NCBI GenBank assembly: GCA_900550635.1
Contig: URSZ01000001.1
Span: 1-61,107, forward strand
Source of the DNA: an uncultured Prevotella sp.
Lineage (GTDB): Bacteria; Bacteroidota; Bacteroidia; Bacteroidales; Bacteroidaceae
DNA: 61,107 bases
Direction: 5' to 3'
The number at the start of each line of letters is the position of its first letter. Positions within the stretch are counted from its first letter, which is position 1. The translations under genes and the position numbers were made by a program. The notes under the pieces were generated by a model, which had not been told where the DNA came from, searched no databases, and worked only from the letters and a program-made list of their open reading frames with translations. This document shows positions 1-9,508 of this stretch, piece by piece.

Positions 1-1719
1 CTTGATGGTCGACAGGCGGTGGGCTATGGCTATCGTGGTGCGCGTTTTCATGAGACGTTCGAGGGCTTCCTGCACAAGGCGCTCGCTTTCGGTGTCGAGT
101 GCCGAAGTGGCCTCGTCGAGAATGAGTATGTCGGGATTCTTTAGTATCGCACGCGCTATGCTTATGCGCTGTCGCTGGCCTCCCGAGAGGCGGCAGCCGC
201 GGTCGCCTACGGATGTGTCGTATCCGTGCTCCGACTCCATGATAAAGTCGTGGGCATTGGCCACTTTTGCGGCGTTAATCACGTCTTCTTCGGTGGCGTT
301 TTCCACTCCGAAGGCTATGTTGTTGAAAAAGCTGTCGTTAAAGAGTATTGCCTCCTGGTTCACGTTGCCTATTATTCCGCGCAGGTCGGCAATCCTGAGG
401 TCGCGCACATCAATGCCGTCGATGGTTATGCGCCCGCCCGTAACGTCGTGATAGCGCGGTATGAGGTCTACGAGCGTCGATTTGCCCGAGCCGCTCTGCC
501 CCACTATGGCTATCGTCTGGCCGCGCTTTACCGTAAGGCTTACGCCGTGGAGCACCTCGCCGTGCCCGTGATAGCTGAAATGCACGTTGTCGAACACGAT
601 TTCGTCTTTAAGCCCCGAGATTGGAAGGGGAGCTTTCTTTTCGACAATAGGGTTCTTGGAGTTCAGAATCTTGTTAACACGCTCTACCGAAGCCATTCCC
701 TTGGGAATGCTGTAAGAAGCCTTGGCAAAGTCCTTGAGCGGCTGTATGGTGCTGTAGAGTATCACCATATAGAATATGAACGTGGGCGCGTCGATGGGCG
801 AATGCTGCGAGAATATCAGTGTGCCGCCGTACCACAGCACGAAAACAATGAGGCATGTACCGAGAAACTCGCTCACAGGATGGGCCGAAGCCTGGCGCAC
901 GGCCACGCGGCTTGCGGCGCGCCTGAAGGCGTTCGTGCTGGTGTCGAAACGTGCGCACATCTTCTTCTCGGCCGTAAAGGCTTTTATTATGCGCATTCCG
1001 CCAAGTGTTTCCTCGAGCTGCGCCATGGTGTCGCTCCACTTGTTCTGCGCGTCGAGCGACTTGTGTTTCAGCTTGCGCCCTATCTTGCCCATTATCCAGC
1101 CCATAAGCGGGAGCACTATTATCGTGAAAAGGGTAAGTTTCCAGCTCGTATAGATAAGCACGCTGAAATAGCAGATTATAAGTATGGGATTTTTTATGAG
1201 CATTTCAAGCGAACCGGTCACGGAGTTTTCAATCTCGTTTACGTCGCCGCTCATGCGGGCTATGATGTCGCCCTTGCGCTCGTCGGAGAAAAACGAAAGC
1301 GGCAGCGATATGATTTTGTGGTAAACGTTTATGCGTATGTCGCGCACAATTCCCGTGCGCATGGGCACAAGCATTCCGGCCGAGGCAAAGTAACAGCTCG
1401 TCTTCATGAGCGTGGTTACGATAAGGAAAAGGCCTATCAGCAACAGTGTGTACGAAGCACCGTAAAGCTTTATAAGCTCGCCCGTATAGTAATACAGGTT
1501 GTTCACGAGTATGTCCTTCATGTTCATGCCGGCGGCGTCCCACTCAATGAAGCTGTACGTCTTGTTGTCAATGCCGAAAAGCATTTGCAGCATGGGCAGC
1601 AGCGACAGGAAAGAAAACACATTGAGCATTGCCGAAAGCAGGTTGAACACTAACGAGCCGAAAAGGTAACGCTTATAAGGAAGCACGTACTTGACCAGTA
1701 CCTTGAAAAATTCTTTCAT
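1..1719 (-). CDS. ABC transporter ATP-binding/permease fusion (MsbA-like exporter); 3' end runs off the window
   Basis: Absent from the ORF track because there is no stop in the window. Reverse translation in frame with the ATG at 1719-1717 gives LSGGQRQRISIARAILKNPDILILDEATSALDTESERLVQEALERLMKTRTTIAIAHRLSTIK near the window edge (ABC signature and Walker B). The 226-1653 + ORF is its antisense shadow. Confidence 0.9.
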   Translation of the reverse strand, partial: MKEFFKVLVKYVLPYKRYLFGSLVFNLLSAMLNVFSFLSLLPMLQMLFGIDNKTYSFIEWDAAGMNMKDILVNNLYYYTGELIKLYGASYTLLLIGLFLIVTTLMKTSCYFASAGMLVPMRTGIVRDIRINVYHKIISLPLSFFSDERKGDIIARMSGDVNEIENSVTGSLEMLIKNPILIICYFSVLIYTSWKLTLFTIIVLPLMGWIMGKIGRKLKHKSLDAQNKWSDTMAQLEETLGGMRIIKAFTAEKKMCARFDTSTNAFRRAASRVAVRQASAHPVSEFLGTCLIVFVLWYGGTLIFSQHSPIDAPTFIFYMVILYSTIQPLKDFAKASYSIPKGMASVERVNKILNSKNPIVEKKAPLPISGLKDEIVFDNVHFSYHGHGEVLHGVSLTVKRGQTIAIVGQSGSGKSTLVDLIPRYHDVTGGRITIDGIDVRDLRIADLRGIIGNVNQEAILFNDSFFNNIAFGVENATEEDVINAAKVANAHDFIMESEHGYDTSVGDRGCRLSGGQRQRISIARAILKNPDILILDEATSALDTESERLVQEALERLMKTRTTIAIAHRLSTIK

Positions 1720-1779
1720 GTTGATTTTTTACTTTCTTGCGTAATTACAATTCTTCTTTAAATCCCGGCGGGAGGCTCT

Positions 1780-2199
1780 TCATGCCTCGTCGGCGCATTT
1801 GCGCAGTTCGTCGTCGAGCGCATTAAGGGTAAAGACATAACTATTATATATGCGCTGCGCGATGTTGCGCATTTCGCCGGGATTATAAATGTAGTTCCTG
1901 TAATCGCTGTCGCGCTGCATGTCGTGCCATTGCTCCCTGTCGGAAATAATACCGTTGTCGAGCGCAAGCTGTATTATATGCGTAGGGTTCTGCACTTTGC
2001 CGAAATTCCTGTAACGCAGGTAGTCCTGCAGAGTTCTCAGCGCCAGCTCGAATGCAATCTCGAACAGTTTCACAAGTGCGGCCTCGCCGTAAATGTCGAG
2101 CTTCTCGGTGGGACGTTCCCGCCCGGTCAGCGCCACAAGACGCATGCAGGCCTCATGGTAATATTCCCCACGCTCAATCCAACGTTTGCTTGTTTCCAT
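1780..2199 (-). CDS. HEPN-fold protein of the HI0074 / nucleotidyltransferase substrate-binding family; no MNT partner gene present
   Basis: 139 aa. The pattern LVKLFEIAFELALRTLQDYLRY ... EQWHDMQRD ... IYN matches my recollection of the NTase_sub_bind family. It starts 5 nt after the RNase H stop, on the same strand. Confidence 0.7.
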   Translation of the reverse strand: METSKRWIERGEYYHEACMRLVALTGRERPTEKLDIYGEAALVKLFEIAFELALRTLQDYLRYRNFGKVQNPTHIIQLALDNGIISDREQWHDMQRDSDYRNYIYNPGEMRNIAQRIYNSYVFTLNALDDELRKCADEA

Positions 2200-2203
2200 A
2201 AGT

Positions 2204-2872
2204 TTATTTTTTTCGCCCGAAATCGGCCGGAATTTCTCCCCAGCGCGAAGTTTCCCATTTCAGTATGGGAGTGTCGTAACTGTTTTCGCGCAACCATTTT
2301 TCGGCACGGCCTATTATTTTGAAAAGTTCTTCAGTCTTTTCGTTGCGTGGCAGCGTTGTTTTGCATTTTTTCTGTTTTACCCACAGTATTGCGTTGCGGC
2401 TGTCGGAATATACAGCCACGTTTGCGCCGGTTTTCTTTATCAGTGCAAGCGCATGTACTATTGCAAGGAATTCTCCTATGTTGTTTGTGCCGTAGCACGG
2501 GCCGTAATGGAACAAGAGTCTGCCCGTTTTAAGATAAACGCCCCGGTATTCCATCTTTCCCGGATTGCCCGAGCACGCAGCGTCCACAGCCACGGCGTCA
2601 TTCGACACTTCGGGGGGCAACACAGGCGGGATATTCTTTTCCTGCGGCTTTTCTGTGCCGGGCACGTCAGGAACTTTTGCCGCCACGTCGGCCGGACGTT
2701 CGTCCTCAGGCCCGTAAATGAAAGCCTGCTCAGCTTCGGCGGGCGTGGGATAGGCTTTGTACTTCGCTCCCTTGAATCCCGAGGTCTGCTTCACGCACTC
2801 TTCCCACGAAGTATAGATTCCGGGGTCGCGCCCGTACCAAACTACATAGTATTTCTGCTTCTTGCCTGCCAT
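2204..2872 (-). CDS. rnhA: Ribonuclease HI with N-terminal hybrid-binding (viroplasmin-like) domain
   Basis: The N-terminus KYYVVWYGRDPGIYTSWEECVKQTSGFKGAKYKAY resembles a hybrid-binding domain. The C-terminal half carries the RNase H acidic residues in VDAACSGNPG, GEFLAIVHAL and VYSDS. Confidence 0.85.
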   Translation of the reverse strand: MAGKKQKYYVVWYGRDPGIYTSWEECVKQTSGFKGAKYKAYPTPAEAEQAFIYGPEDERPADVAAKVPDVPGTEKPQEKNIPPVLPPEVSNDAVAVDAACSGNPGKMEYRGVYLKTGRLLFHYGPCYGTNNIGEFLAIVHALALIKKTGANVAVYSDSRNAILWVKQKKCKTTLPRNEKTEELFKIIGRAEKWLRENSYDTPILKWETSRWGEIPADFGRKK

Positions 2873-2937
2873 CTGCTGCCTTTCGTTTTGCCTGCCTTCT
2901 GCTTTCCGGCAACCGGCGGGCCGCCTGCGCGCGATTT

Positions 2938-4755
2938 TTACATGCGCTCAGGCATTTCTATACCGAGAAGGTTCATGCCGCTGCGCACTATTTTTGCGAC
3001 GTTGGCAGAGAGCACGAGGCGCAGGCGTTTCTTTCCTTCGTTTTCTTCGCGCAGAATTGAATAGTCGTGGTAGAACTGGTTGTATTCCTTTACAAGATCG
3101 TAGCAATAATTGGCTATTATGCTCGGGCTCATGTCCTCGCCGGCCTGGCGCACCGTGGCGTCGAAATCGGCCAGCAGCTGTATGAGTGCGGCTTCCTTGT
3201 CGTTCACTTCCGTTCCGGCAGGCACGGGCGAGTTTATGTCGAGTCCTTGTGCATTTGCCTTTCTGAGCACCGAGCGTATGCGTGCGTAGGTATATTGTAT
3301 GAACGGGCCGGTGTTGCCGTTGAAATCTATGCTTTCCTCTGGGTTGAACAGCATGTTCTTGCGTGCGTCCACTTTAAGCAGGAAGTACTTGAGCGCTCCC
3401 ATTCCTACAATGCGCGCGGTTTCGGCCTTTTCGTCCTCGGGTATGTCGGCAAACTTGCCAAGCTCTTCGCTTGTTTGCTTTGCGGTGAGCACCATTTCCT
3501 CCATGAGGTCGTCGGCGTCGACAACTGTTCCCTCGCGGCTTTTCATTTTTCCGTTAGGGAGCGTCACCATGCCGTAGGAGAAATGCACGAGGCTCTTGCC
3601 CCATTCGAATCCCAGGCGGTCGAGCAGTATGGACAGCACTTTAAAGTGATAGTCCTGCTCGTTTCCTACGACGTATATCATTTTCTTTATGGGGAAGTCC
3701 TGGTATCGCAGTTTGGCGGTGCCTATGTCCTGTGTCATATACACCGAAGTGCCGTCGGCACGTATGAGCAGTTTTTCGTCGAGTCCTTCGTTGCGCAGGT
3801 CGGCCCAAACACTGCCGTCGTCCTTGCGGAAGAAAATGCCTTTGTCAAGCCCGTCCTCCACAAGGGATTTGCCTACGAGATAGGTATCGCTCTCATAATA
3901 TATCTTGTCGAAGCCCACACCCATCGTGCGATAGGTTTCGTTAAAGCCGGCGTACACCCATTCGTTCATTTTCCGCCACAGTGTGCGCACTTCATTGTCG
4001 CCCTGTTCCCATTTCACGAGCATTTCGTGTGCTTCGCGCATGAGCGGTGCGTCCTGTTCGGCCTGTTTGCGGGCTTCTTCCTCGTTCATGCCCTCGGCGG
4101 TGTATTTTTCGGTAAGTTCCTTTACCTGCTGGCGGTAGTGCTTGTCGAACAGCACGTAGTAGTCGCCTATCAGGTGGTCGCCTTTCTTGCCCGACGATTG
4201 CGGTGTCTCTCCGTTGCCGTATTTGAGCCACGCGAGCATGGACTTGCAGATATGTATGCCGCGGTCGTTCACGATGTTGGTCTTGACAACCTGTTTTCCG
4301 CAGGCTTCCTCTATGTTTGCCAGCGCCCAGCCGAGCAGGATGTTGCGCAGGTGGCCCAGGTGCAGTGGCTTGTTGGTGTTGGGCGATGAGTATTCTATCA
4401 TCCAGAGCGGCGAGTTCTCGTCGGGCTTGTGTATGCCGTAGCTTTCGTCGGCGTTTATGTTCTCGAGCATTTCAAGCCAGCTTTCGTGCGACACGGTGAG
4501 GTTCAGGAATCCCTTTATCACGTTGTAGTCGGCCACGGCATGGCAGTTTTCCTTCAGGTATGCGCCTATGTCGGAAGCCGTGTCTTCCGGTTTCTTGCGC
4601 GACACGCGCAGCAACGGGAATACTACGAGTGTGAGCGACCCTTCGAATTCGCGTTTTGTTTTCTGAAGCTGTATCTGCGCGGCGTCGACGGTTGCGCCGT
4701 AGAGTGTCTCGACGGCTTTTACGACGGCGGCGGTTATGTCTTGCTCTATTTTCAT
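2938..4755 (-). CDS. argS: Arginine--tRNA ligase
   Basis: 605 aa, with the class I HIGH-type motif PLHLGHLRN and a typical ArgS C-terminus ending ...GIEMPERM. Confidence 0.97.
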   Translation of the reverse strand: MKIEQDITAAVVKAVETLYGATVDAAQIQLQKTKREFEGSLTLVVFPLLRVSRKKPEDTASDIGAYLKENCHAVADYNVIKGFLNLTVSHESWLEMLENINADESYGIHKPDENSPLWMIEYSSPNTNKPLHLGHLRNILLGWALANIEEACGKQVVKTNIVNDRGIHICKSMLAWLKYGNGETPQSSGKKGDHLIGDYYVLFDKHYRQQVKELTEKYTAEGMNEEEARKQAEQDAPLMREAHEMLVKWEQGDNEVRTLWRKMNEWVYAGFNETYRTMGVGFDKIYYESDTYLVGKSLVEDGLDKGIFFRKDDGSVWADLRNEGLDEKLLIRADGTSVYMTQDIGTAKLRYQDFPIKKMIYVVGNEQDYHFKVLSILLDRLGFEWGKSLVHFSYGMVTLPNGKMKSREGTVVDADDLMEEMVLTAKQTSEELGKFADIPEDEKAETARIVGMGALKYFLLKVDARKNMLFNPEESIDFNGNTGPFIQYTYARIRSVLRKANAQGLDINSPVPAGTEVNDKEAALIQLLADFDATVRQAGEDMSPSIIANYCYDLVKEYNQFYHDYSILREENEGKKRLRLVLSANVAKIVRSGMNLLGIEMPERM

Positions 4756-4943
4756 AATATATCTGGTTTTTGTTTTTTACGCAACGAATTGACTGGTGCA
4801 AAAATACGCAATTCCGCCGTATTTTCCCGCCTTGGGCTGCGAAATGAGAATAAAATGCCGCTTTTTGGGCATTGCGGCAAAGTATGCGCGCCACGGGCTG
4901 CCCGGATTTCGGCTTCGGTTACGTTGCCGGACATTCGGCCCGG

Positions 4944-5060
4944 GCTTCTTGAAAAGTTTCACGGGACGTAAAAAAATTATCTCTGAGATATTTCAAAATA
5001 TGTCTGACATATTTTAAAATACGTCAGACATATTTTCTGCCGCCTCCAACAGGCAGAAGA
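4944..5060. repeat. Mosaic intergenic repeat, copy 1 (reduced copy; flanks poorly conserved)
   Basis: The core is three 21-bp units at about 4972-5036: AAAATTATCTCTGAGATATTTC / AAAATATGTCTGACATATTTT / AAAATACGTCAGACATATTTT. It lies between the phosphatase-family gene and argS. Confidence 0.8.
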
Positions 5061-5127
5061 GACCAAACGTTCCCGCGGCATGCAGCGGTGCCGGCACACG
5101 GAGTTTGCAGCACTTGCGGGACGGCGT

Positions 5128-6024
5128 TTACTTGAACACGTGCACGGCGGGACGCCCAATCCATGCCTGCGGCTGTTCGAGCCCGAAGATGTAGGCTATC
5201 GTGGCCGCCGTGTCGAAACGCATGTTCACTTCCTTGAACTCTCCTCCCTGCCTGACGTTCTTGCCGGCTATTATGAAGGGCACTTCCATTTCGAGCAGCG
5301 ATTTGCCGCCGTGCCCCTTGTCCTTGCCGCCGTGGTCGCCGGTAAGTATGAATATCGTATCGTCGAACATGCCGGCCTTCTTGGTTGCTTCGATTACCCT
5401 GCCGAGGAACGTGTCGATTCTCTCGAGCGTGGTGTAGTATTCTGGCACGTCAAAGCCGTCGGCATGTCCGGTGTGGTCCAGCTGGTCGTAGCATATAGCC
5501 ACGAAATCGGGTTTCTTTTCCAGTATGTACCGCTCGGCGCGTTCGCATAGCAGGCTCTGCTGCGATTCGTCGAGCACCTCTACGCAATTCACCGCCGCCG
5601 AGTCGATGAGATACTTTATGCCTACCCATTCCATAAGGCATCCCGTCTCGGCTTCGGGCATTTGCTCGCGTATAACGCTGAAAATAGTGGGAAAGATGCC
5701 GCGCTCGTTAACGCAGAACGACGGAATCTCGGGCGTGCGTGAGTTCCATTCGGTGTAGCCGTGCATTTCGGTGCCCGCGCCCATGAACATCGACGCCCAG
5801 TTTATGGCCGACGACGACGGCAACGTGCTGCGCGAATGCAGCGTAAAGCACCCCGAGTCCATAATCTTTCTTATGTTGGGGATGTTTTTTGCCTTGGGAA
5901 CGGAATATCCTCCCCACCCGTCGATGGCGAAAAGCACAACGTGCTTGGCCTTGGGCCGCCCTGCGCTTACGTTGAAAGCCAGCGACACGGCCATTAACAA
6001 GAACAGTAGTTTCTTCATGGTCAT
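5128..6024 (-). CDS. Alkaline phosphatase superfamily protein (nucleotide pyrophosphatase/phosphodiesterase-like), secreted
   Basis: Signal peptide MTMKKLLFLLMAVSLAFNVSA. The metal-site-like motifs FAIDGWG, DHTGH and GDHGG are typical of type I phosphodiesterase/NPP enzymes. Confidence 0.8.
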   Translation of the reverse strand: MTMKKLLFLLMAVSLAFNVSAGRPKAKHVVLFAIDGWGGYSVPKAKNIPNIRKIMDSGCFTLHSRSTLPSSSAINWASMFMGAGTEMHGYTEWNSRTPEIPSFCVNERGIFPTIFSVIREQMPEAETGCLMEWVGIKYLIDSAAVNCVEVLDESQQSLLCERAERYILEKKPDFVAICYDQLDHTGHADGFDVPEYYTTLERIDTFLGRVIEATKKAGMFDDTIFILTGDHGGKDKGHGGKSLLEMEVPFIIAGKNVRQGGEFKEVNMRFDTAATIAYIFGLEQPQAWIGRPAVHVFK

Positions 6025-6248
6025 TATGTTTTAGTTTCAGGTCTACAGTCGGTTGCCTGCACGGCGCATAACGCACCCGTACTTTGGCGCGGCGCGGGGG
6101 AGCGCCAAAAGTTTCACGAACGTAAATTTATGAAAATAATCCGTAACGCAATGCAATCGTGCCGTATTTTGCAGCTCCGTGCAGCAACATGCCGAAGCCG
6201 CACGGGCAAGGCAGCGCGGCAAGTCCGTAAATGTCTGTTTTCAAAGCC

Positions 6249-6385
6249 GGAAAATGAATACTCATTTTCAGCACGTTACGAACCCTCGGAGAAAATGGAA
6301 AATACAAGGCACATATTTTAAAATATGTGCCTTGTATTTTGAAATAGGTCTGAGATATTTTCGCACGGTTTCCCGACGTTTTCTT
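6249..6385. repeat. Mosaic intergenic repeat, copy 2 (hairpin module on the left)
   Basis: GGAAAATGAATACTCATTTTC hairpin, CCCTCGGAGAAAA box, then three units at about 6299-6361. Units 1 and 2 are exact reverse complements (AAAATACAAGGCACATATTTT / AAAATATGTGCCTTGTATTTT). Confidence 0.85.
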
Positions 6386-6589
6386 TATAACAGTTCCAAA
6401 TCTCCGCTCCGGGGCGGCTTTTCCTTTTTTTGTACAACATGTAATCCGGTTCGGCACAGCCAAATTCGGAAACATTTGTTTTCGCTTGCCTCTGCGCCCG
6501 CCTTTCGCTATTTTTGACACACGCACAAGAAATTCACGAAAGAAAACGTTATATTCGCAAGGCAAAACAGAAAAATTCCCGAACAAACG

Positions 6590-7171
6590 ATGAAAGAACT
6601 CGTATTCGCCACCAACAACGCCCACAAGCTGGACGAGATACGCTCCATTCTGGGCGGCAAGATAAAAGTGCTCAGCCTTTCCGACATAGGTTGCCATGCC
6701 GACATACCCGAAACGGCCGACACGCTCGAGGGCAACGCCCTCATAAAGGCCCGCTATGTGTACGAACACTACGGACTCGACTGCTTTGCCGACGACACCG
6801 GGCTTGAAGTGCGCGCCCTCGGCGGGCTGCCCGGCGTACATACCGCCAGGTATGCCTATCCCGACCGCCACGACCCGGAGGCCAACATGGACAAACTGCT
6901 CGGCGAACTGGAAGAAAAAAACGACCGCCACGCAAGATTCCGCACCGTAATAGCGTTAATAGAAAAGGGACGGGAACATCTTTTCGAAGGCGTTGTGGAA
7001 GGCGAAATAACCGCCTCGCGCCAAGGAACCGAAGGATTCGGCTACGACCCCGTGTTCGCTCCCGAAGGCCTGGGCGAGACGTTCGCGCAACTGGGCAGCG
7101 ACATAAAGAACTCCATGAGCCACCGCGCCCGGGCGGCCGAAGCGCTTGCCCGATACCTGGCCGGAGAATAA
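6590..7171 (+). CDS. rdgB: Non-canonical purine NTP pyrophosphatase (RdgB/HAM1 family)
   Basis: 193 aa. [21 protein letters not shown] ... [14 protein letters not shown] ... FGYDPVF is typical of dITP/XTP pyrophosphatases. Confidence 0.93.
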   Translation: MKELVFATNNAHKLDEIRSILGGKIKVLSLSDIGCHADIPETADTLEGNALIKARYVYEHYGLDCFADDTGLEVRALGGLPGVHTARYAYPDRHDPEANMDKLLGELEEKNDRHARFRTVIALIEKGREHLFEGVVEGEITASRQGTEGFGYDPVFAPEGLGETFAQLGSDIKNSMSHRARAAEALARYLAGE

Positions 7172-7198
7172 GAACATATACGACAAAAGCCACCGAAA

Positions 7199-9499
7199 AT
7201 GCGAAAACTTTCCGCACTGCTCATCATCCTCGTGCTTGCAGCCGCCACGGCTGCGGCAGCCGGACGCTGGACATACTACGGCGCATTCCACAACGCGCTG
7301 CAGAACATACCCGTAAACGGCACTGTATTCTCGCTGTGCGACGGCTCGATTTTCTCATACTCGCCGGGCGACACCGAAGTGCGCGTTTACGACAAAACCA
7401 CCGGACTTAGCGACGTGGACATCAAACTCATGGCCTACTGCCCCGAACAGCAATGCCTCGTACTCGTTTACGACAACTCGAACATCGACCTGTTCTTTCC
7501 CGACAACAGCGGCATAGTAAACATACCGCAGTACATGAACAGCTCGCTGGCCGACAAAACGATAAACGACATATCCGTAGTGGGGTCAAACGCATACCTG
7601 GCCACAAACACAGGAGTGACGGTAATGAACATCGAACGCGGAGAGTTCAGCAACACATACCAGCTCGAAACGGCGGTAAACACATGCACCTTTGCAGGCG
7701 GCAAAATATACGCCTCCACAGCAAAGGGAATGTTTGTGGGCAACACCGACGACAACCTGCTCGACCCGTCGAACTGGACCGCCGCAGGAACGGGGAATTA
7801 CAAGAAAATGCGCACCTTCGGCGCCAACATATATGCCACCGGGGCAGGCTTTTTCAAAATAGACCCGGCCACGGGCGGGGCTTCGCTGCTTGCAACCGGC
7901 ACTCCCGTATTCCTCAACGCCGACAACGGCAATACGCTCATCTGCGGCAACGGCACGGCCATACATATCGTTGACAACTCGGAGAACCTCACTACCATAA
8001 CACAAAAAAACTCGTTCAAATACCTGTCGCTCGCCTCGGGAACCTACTGGGCCAGCTGCGGATACGCGGGGCTGCGACCCTACCGCGCGGGACAGGCGGG
8101 CAACCTCGAGGAAGCCGGAGGCGCGATAGCGATAAACAGCCCCATACGCAACTACTGCGCTTTCATGAACATCACTCCCTCGAACCGCGTGCTCGTAGCC
8201 GGAGGTACGCTCAACTACAACGGACTGAACTACGAAGGCACGCTTTATTATTATGAAAACAACCGCTTCTTCAACTTCGAAGACTCCATAACGCAATACA
8301 CCACCTATCCTTACCGCAACCTTACAGGCATAGCCGAAGACCCCGACGACCCTACGCACCATTTTGCCACTTCGGGCGAGACGGGCCTGTACGAGTTCCG
8401 CAACGGCAGGTACGCCGCGCACTACGACAACTCAAACTCGCCGCTGGCTTCGGCCGTTCCCAAGAGTTCGCAATCCCACATGTACGTGCGCACAGGCGGA
8501 CTTACATACGACGCCGAGGGAAACCTGTGGATGCTGAACAACGAAGTGGACACCGTGGTGCGCGTAAGGCTCAAGGACGGCTCGTGGCAGAGTATCTACG
8601 TTGACGAGGTAAGCGGCTACCCCACGTTCGACCACCTGTTGTTCGACCGCGCGGGCCGCGCATGGTTCACACACCGGCGCACCACCAGCTCGCACCATGC
8701 GGGAGTGGCGTGCCTTGACTACAACGGCACCATAACCGACCCGAGCGACGACCGCAGCTACTTTCGCTACACTTTCGTAAACCAGGACGGCACGTCGTAC
8801 AACCCCAACACGGTAAACGCCCTGGCCATCGACAACAACGGCTACATCTGGGTGGGCACAATAGAAGGCCCGTTCGTCATAACCAACCCCGACAACTTCA
8901 TGAACAGCGGCTTCACGTTCACGCAGGTAAAAGTTCCCCGCAACGACGGCACCAACAACGCCGACTACCTGCTGACGGGCGTTCCCGTGTCGGCCATTGC
9001 CGTCGACGCGGCCAACCGTAAATGGATAGGAACCACGGGCAACGGACTGTACCTGATAAGCGAGGACAACATCGAGACCATAAGCCACTTTACCACCGAG
9101 AACTCGCCGCTCGTAAGCGACAACATACTCTCGCTGGCGGTGAACAACTCCACCGGCGAGGTGATGATAGGCACCGACCGCGGACTAATGGGATTCATGG
9201 GCGAAAAGACGGCCGAACCGAACAAGATAAGCGACGACGACCTGAAGATTTACCCCAACCCCGTGCGCCCCGACTACTACGGCGATGTAACGATTGAGGG
9301 ACTTCCCTACGGGGCTGAGGTAAAGATAACCACCACGGGCGGCCAGGTGGTAACGTCGGGCAAGTCGAGCAACGGCGAGTTCAAATGGGACGTGCGCGAC
9401 GCTTACGGCAACGACGTAGGCTCGGGCGTTTACTTTGTGCTCGTATCGACGGGCAACAGCAAGCACGGCGCGCGCGGCCGGCTGGTAGTAATAAGATAA
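7199..9499 (+). CDS. Beta-propeller (two-component-regulator propeller repeat) protein with a T9SS C-terminal sorting domain; PorZ-like
   Basis: 766 aa with a signal peptide. Reg_prop-like repeats recur (IWVGTIEGPFVI, WIGTTGNGLYLIS, VMIGTDRGLMGF). The C-terminus KIYPNPVRPD...GVYFVLVSTGN...GRLVVIR resembles a T9SS CTD. The size and architecture match PorZ as I recall it. Confidence 0.6.
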   Translation: MRKLSALLIILVLAAATAAAAGRWTYYGAFHNALQNIPVNGTVFSLCDGSIFSYSPGDTEVRVYDKTTGLSDVDIKLMAYCPEQQCLVLVYDNSNIDLFFPDNSGIVNIPQYMNSSLADKTINDISVVGSNAYLATNTGVTVMNIERGEFSNTYQLETAVNTCTFAGGKIYASTAKGMFVGNTDDNLLDPSNWTAAGTGNYKKMRTFGANIYATGAGFFKIDPATGGASLLATGTPVFLNADNGNTLICGNGTAIHIVDNSENLTTITQKNSFKYLSLASGTYWASCGYAGLRPYRAGQAGNLEEAGGAIAINSPIRNYCAFMNITPSNRVLVAGGTLNYNGLNYEGTLYYYENNRFFNFEDSITQYTTYPYRNLTGIAEDPDDPTHHFATSGETGLYEFRNGRYAAHYDNSNSPLASAVPKSSQSHMYVRTGGLTYDAEGNLWMLNNEVDTVVRVRLKDGSWQSIYVDEVSGYPTFDHLLFDRAGRAWFTHRRTTSSHHAGVACLDYNGTITDPSDDRSYFRYTFVNQDGTSYNPNTVNALAIDNNGYIWVGTIEGPFVITNPDNFMNSGFTFTQVKVPRNDGTNNADYLLTGVPVSAIAVDAANRKWIGTTGNGLYLISEDNIETISHFTTENSPLVSDNILSLAVNNSTGEVMIGTDRGLMGFMGEKTAEPNKISDDDLKIYPNPVRPDYYGDVTIEGLPYGAEVKITTTGGQVVTSGKSSNGEFKWDVRDAYGNDVGSGVYFVLVSTGNSKHGARGRLVVIR

Positions 9500-9508
9500 G
9501 CCTCTGCC

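Noticed and set aside
226-1653. 475-aa + strand ORF (and smaller ORFs at 2-451, 674-1039 and 776-1153)
   Set aside because: It is the antisense shadow of the minus-strand ABC transporter, which has clear Walker/signature motifs. Its translation is low-complexity and rich in H, V, R and A, which is typical of a wrong frame in GC-rich DNA.
3067-4389. 440-aa + strand ORF inside argS
   Set aside because: It is antisense to an unambiguous ArgS gene and has no recognisable motifs.
6128-6931. 267-aa minus-strand ORF spanning the 6.1-6.6 kb intergenic region and the start of rdgB
   Set aside because: It runs through a mosaic repeat copy and is antisense to rdgB. Its composition is typical of shadow ORFs.
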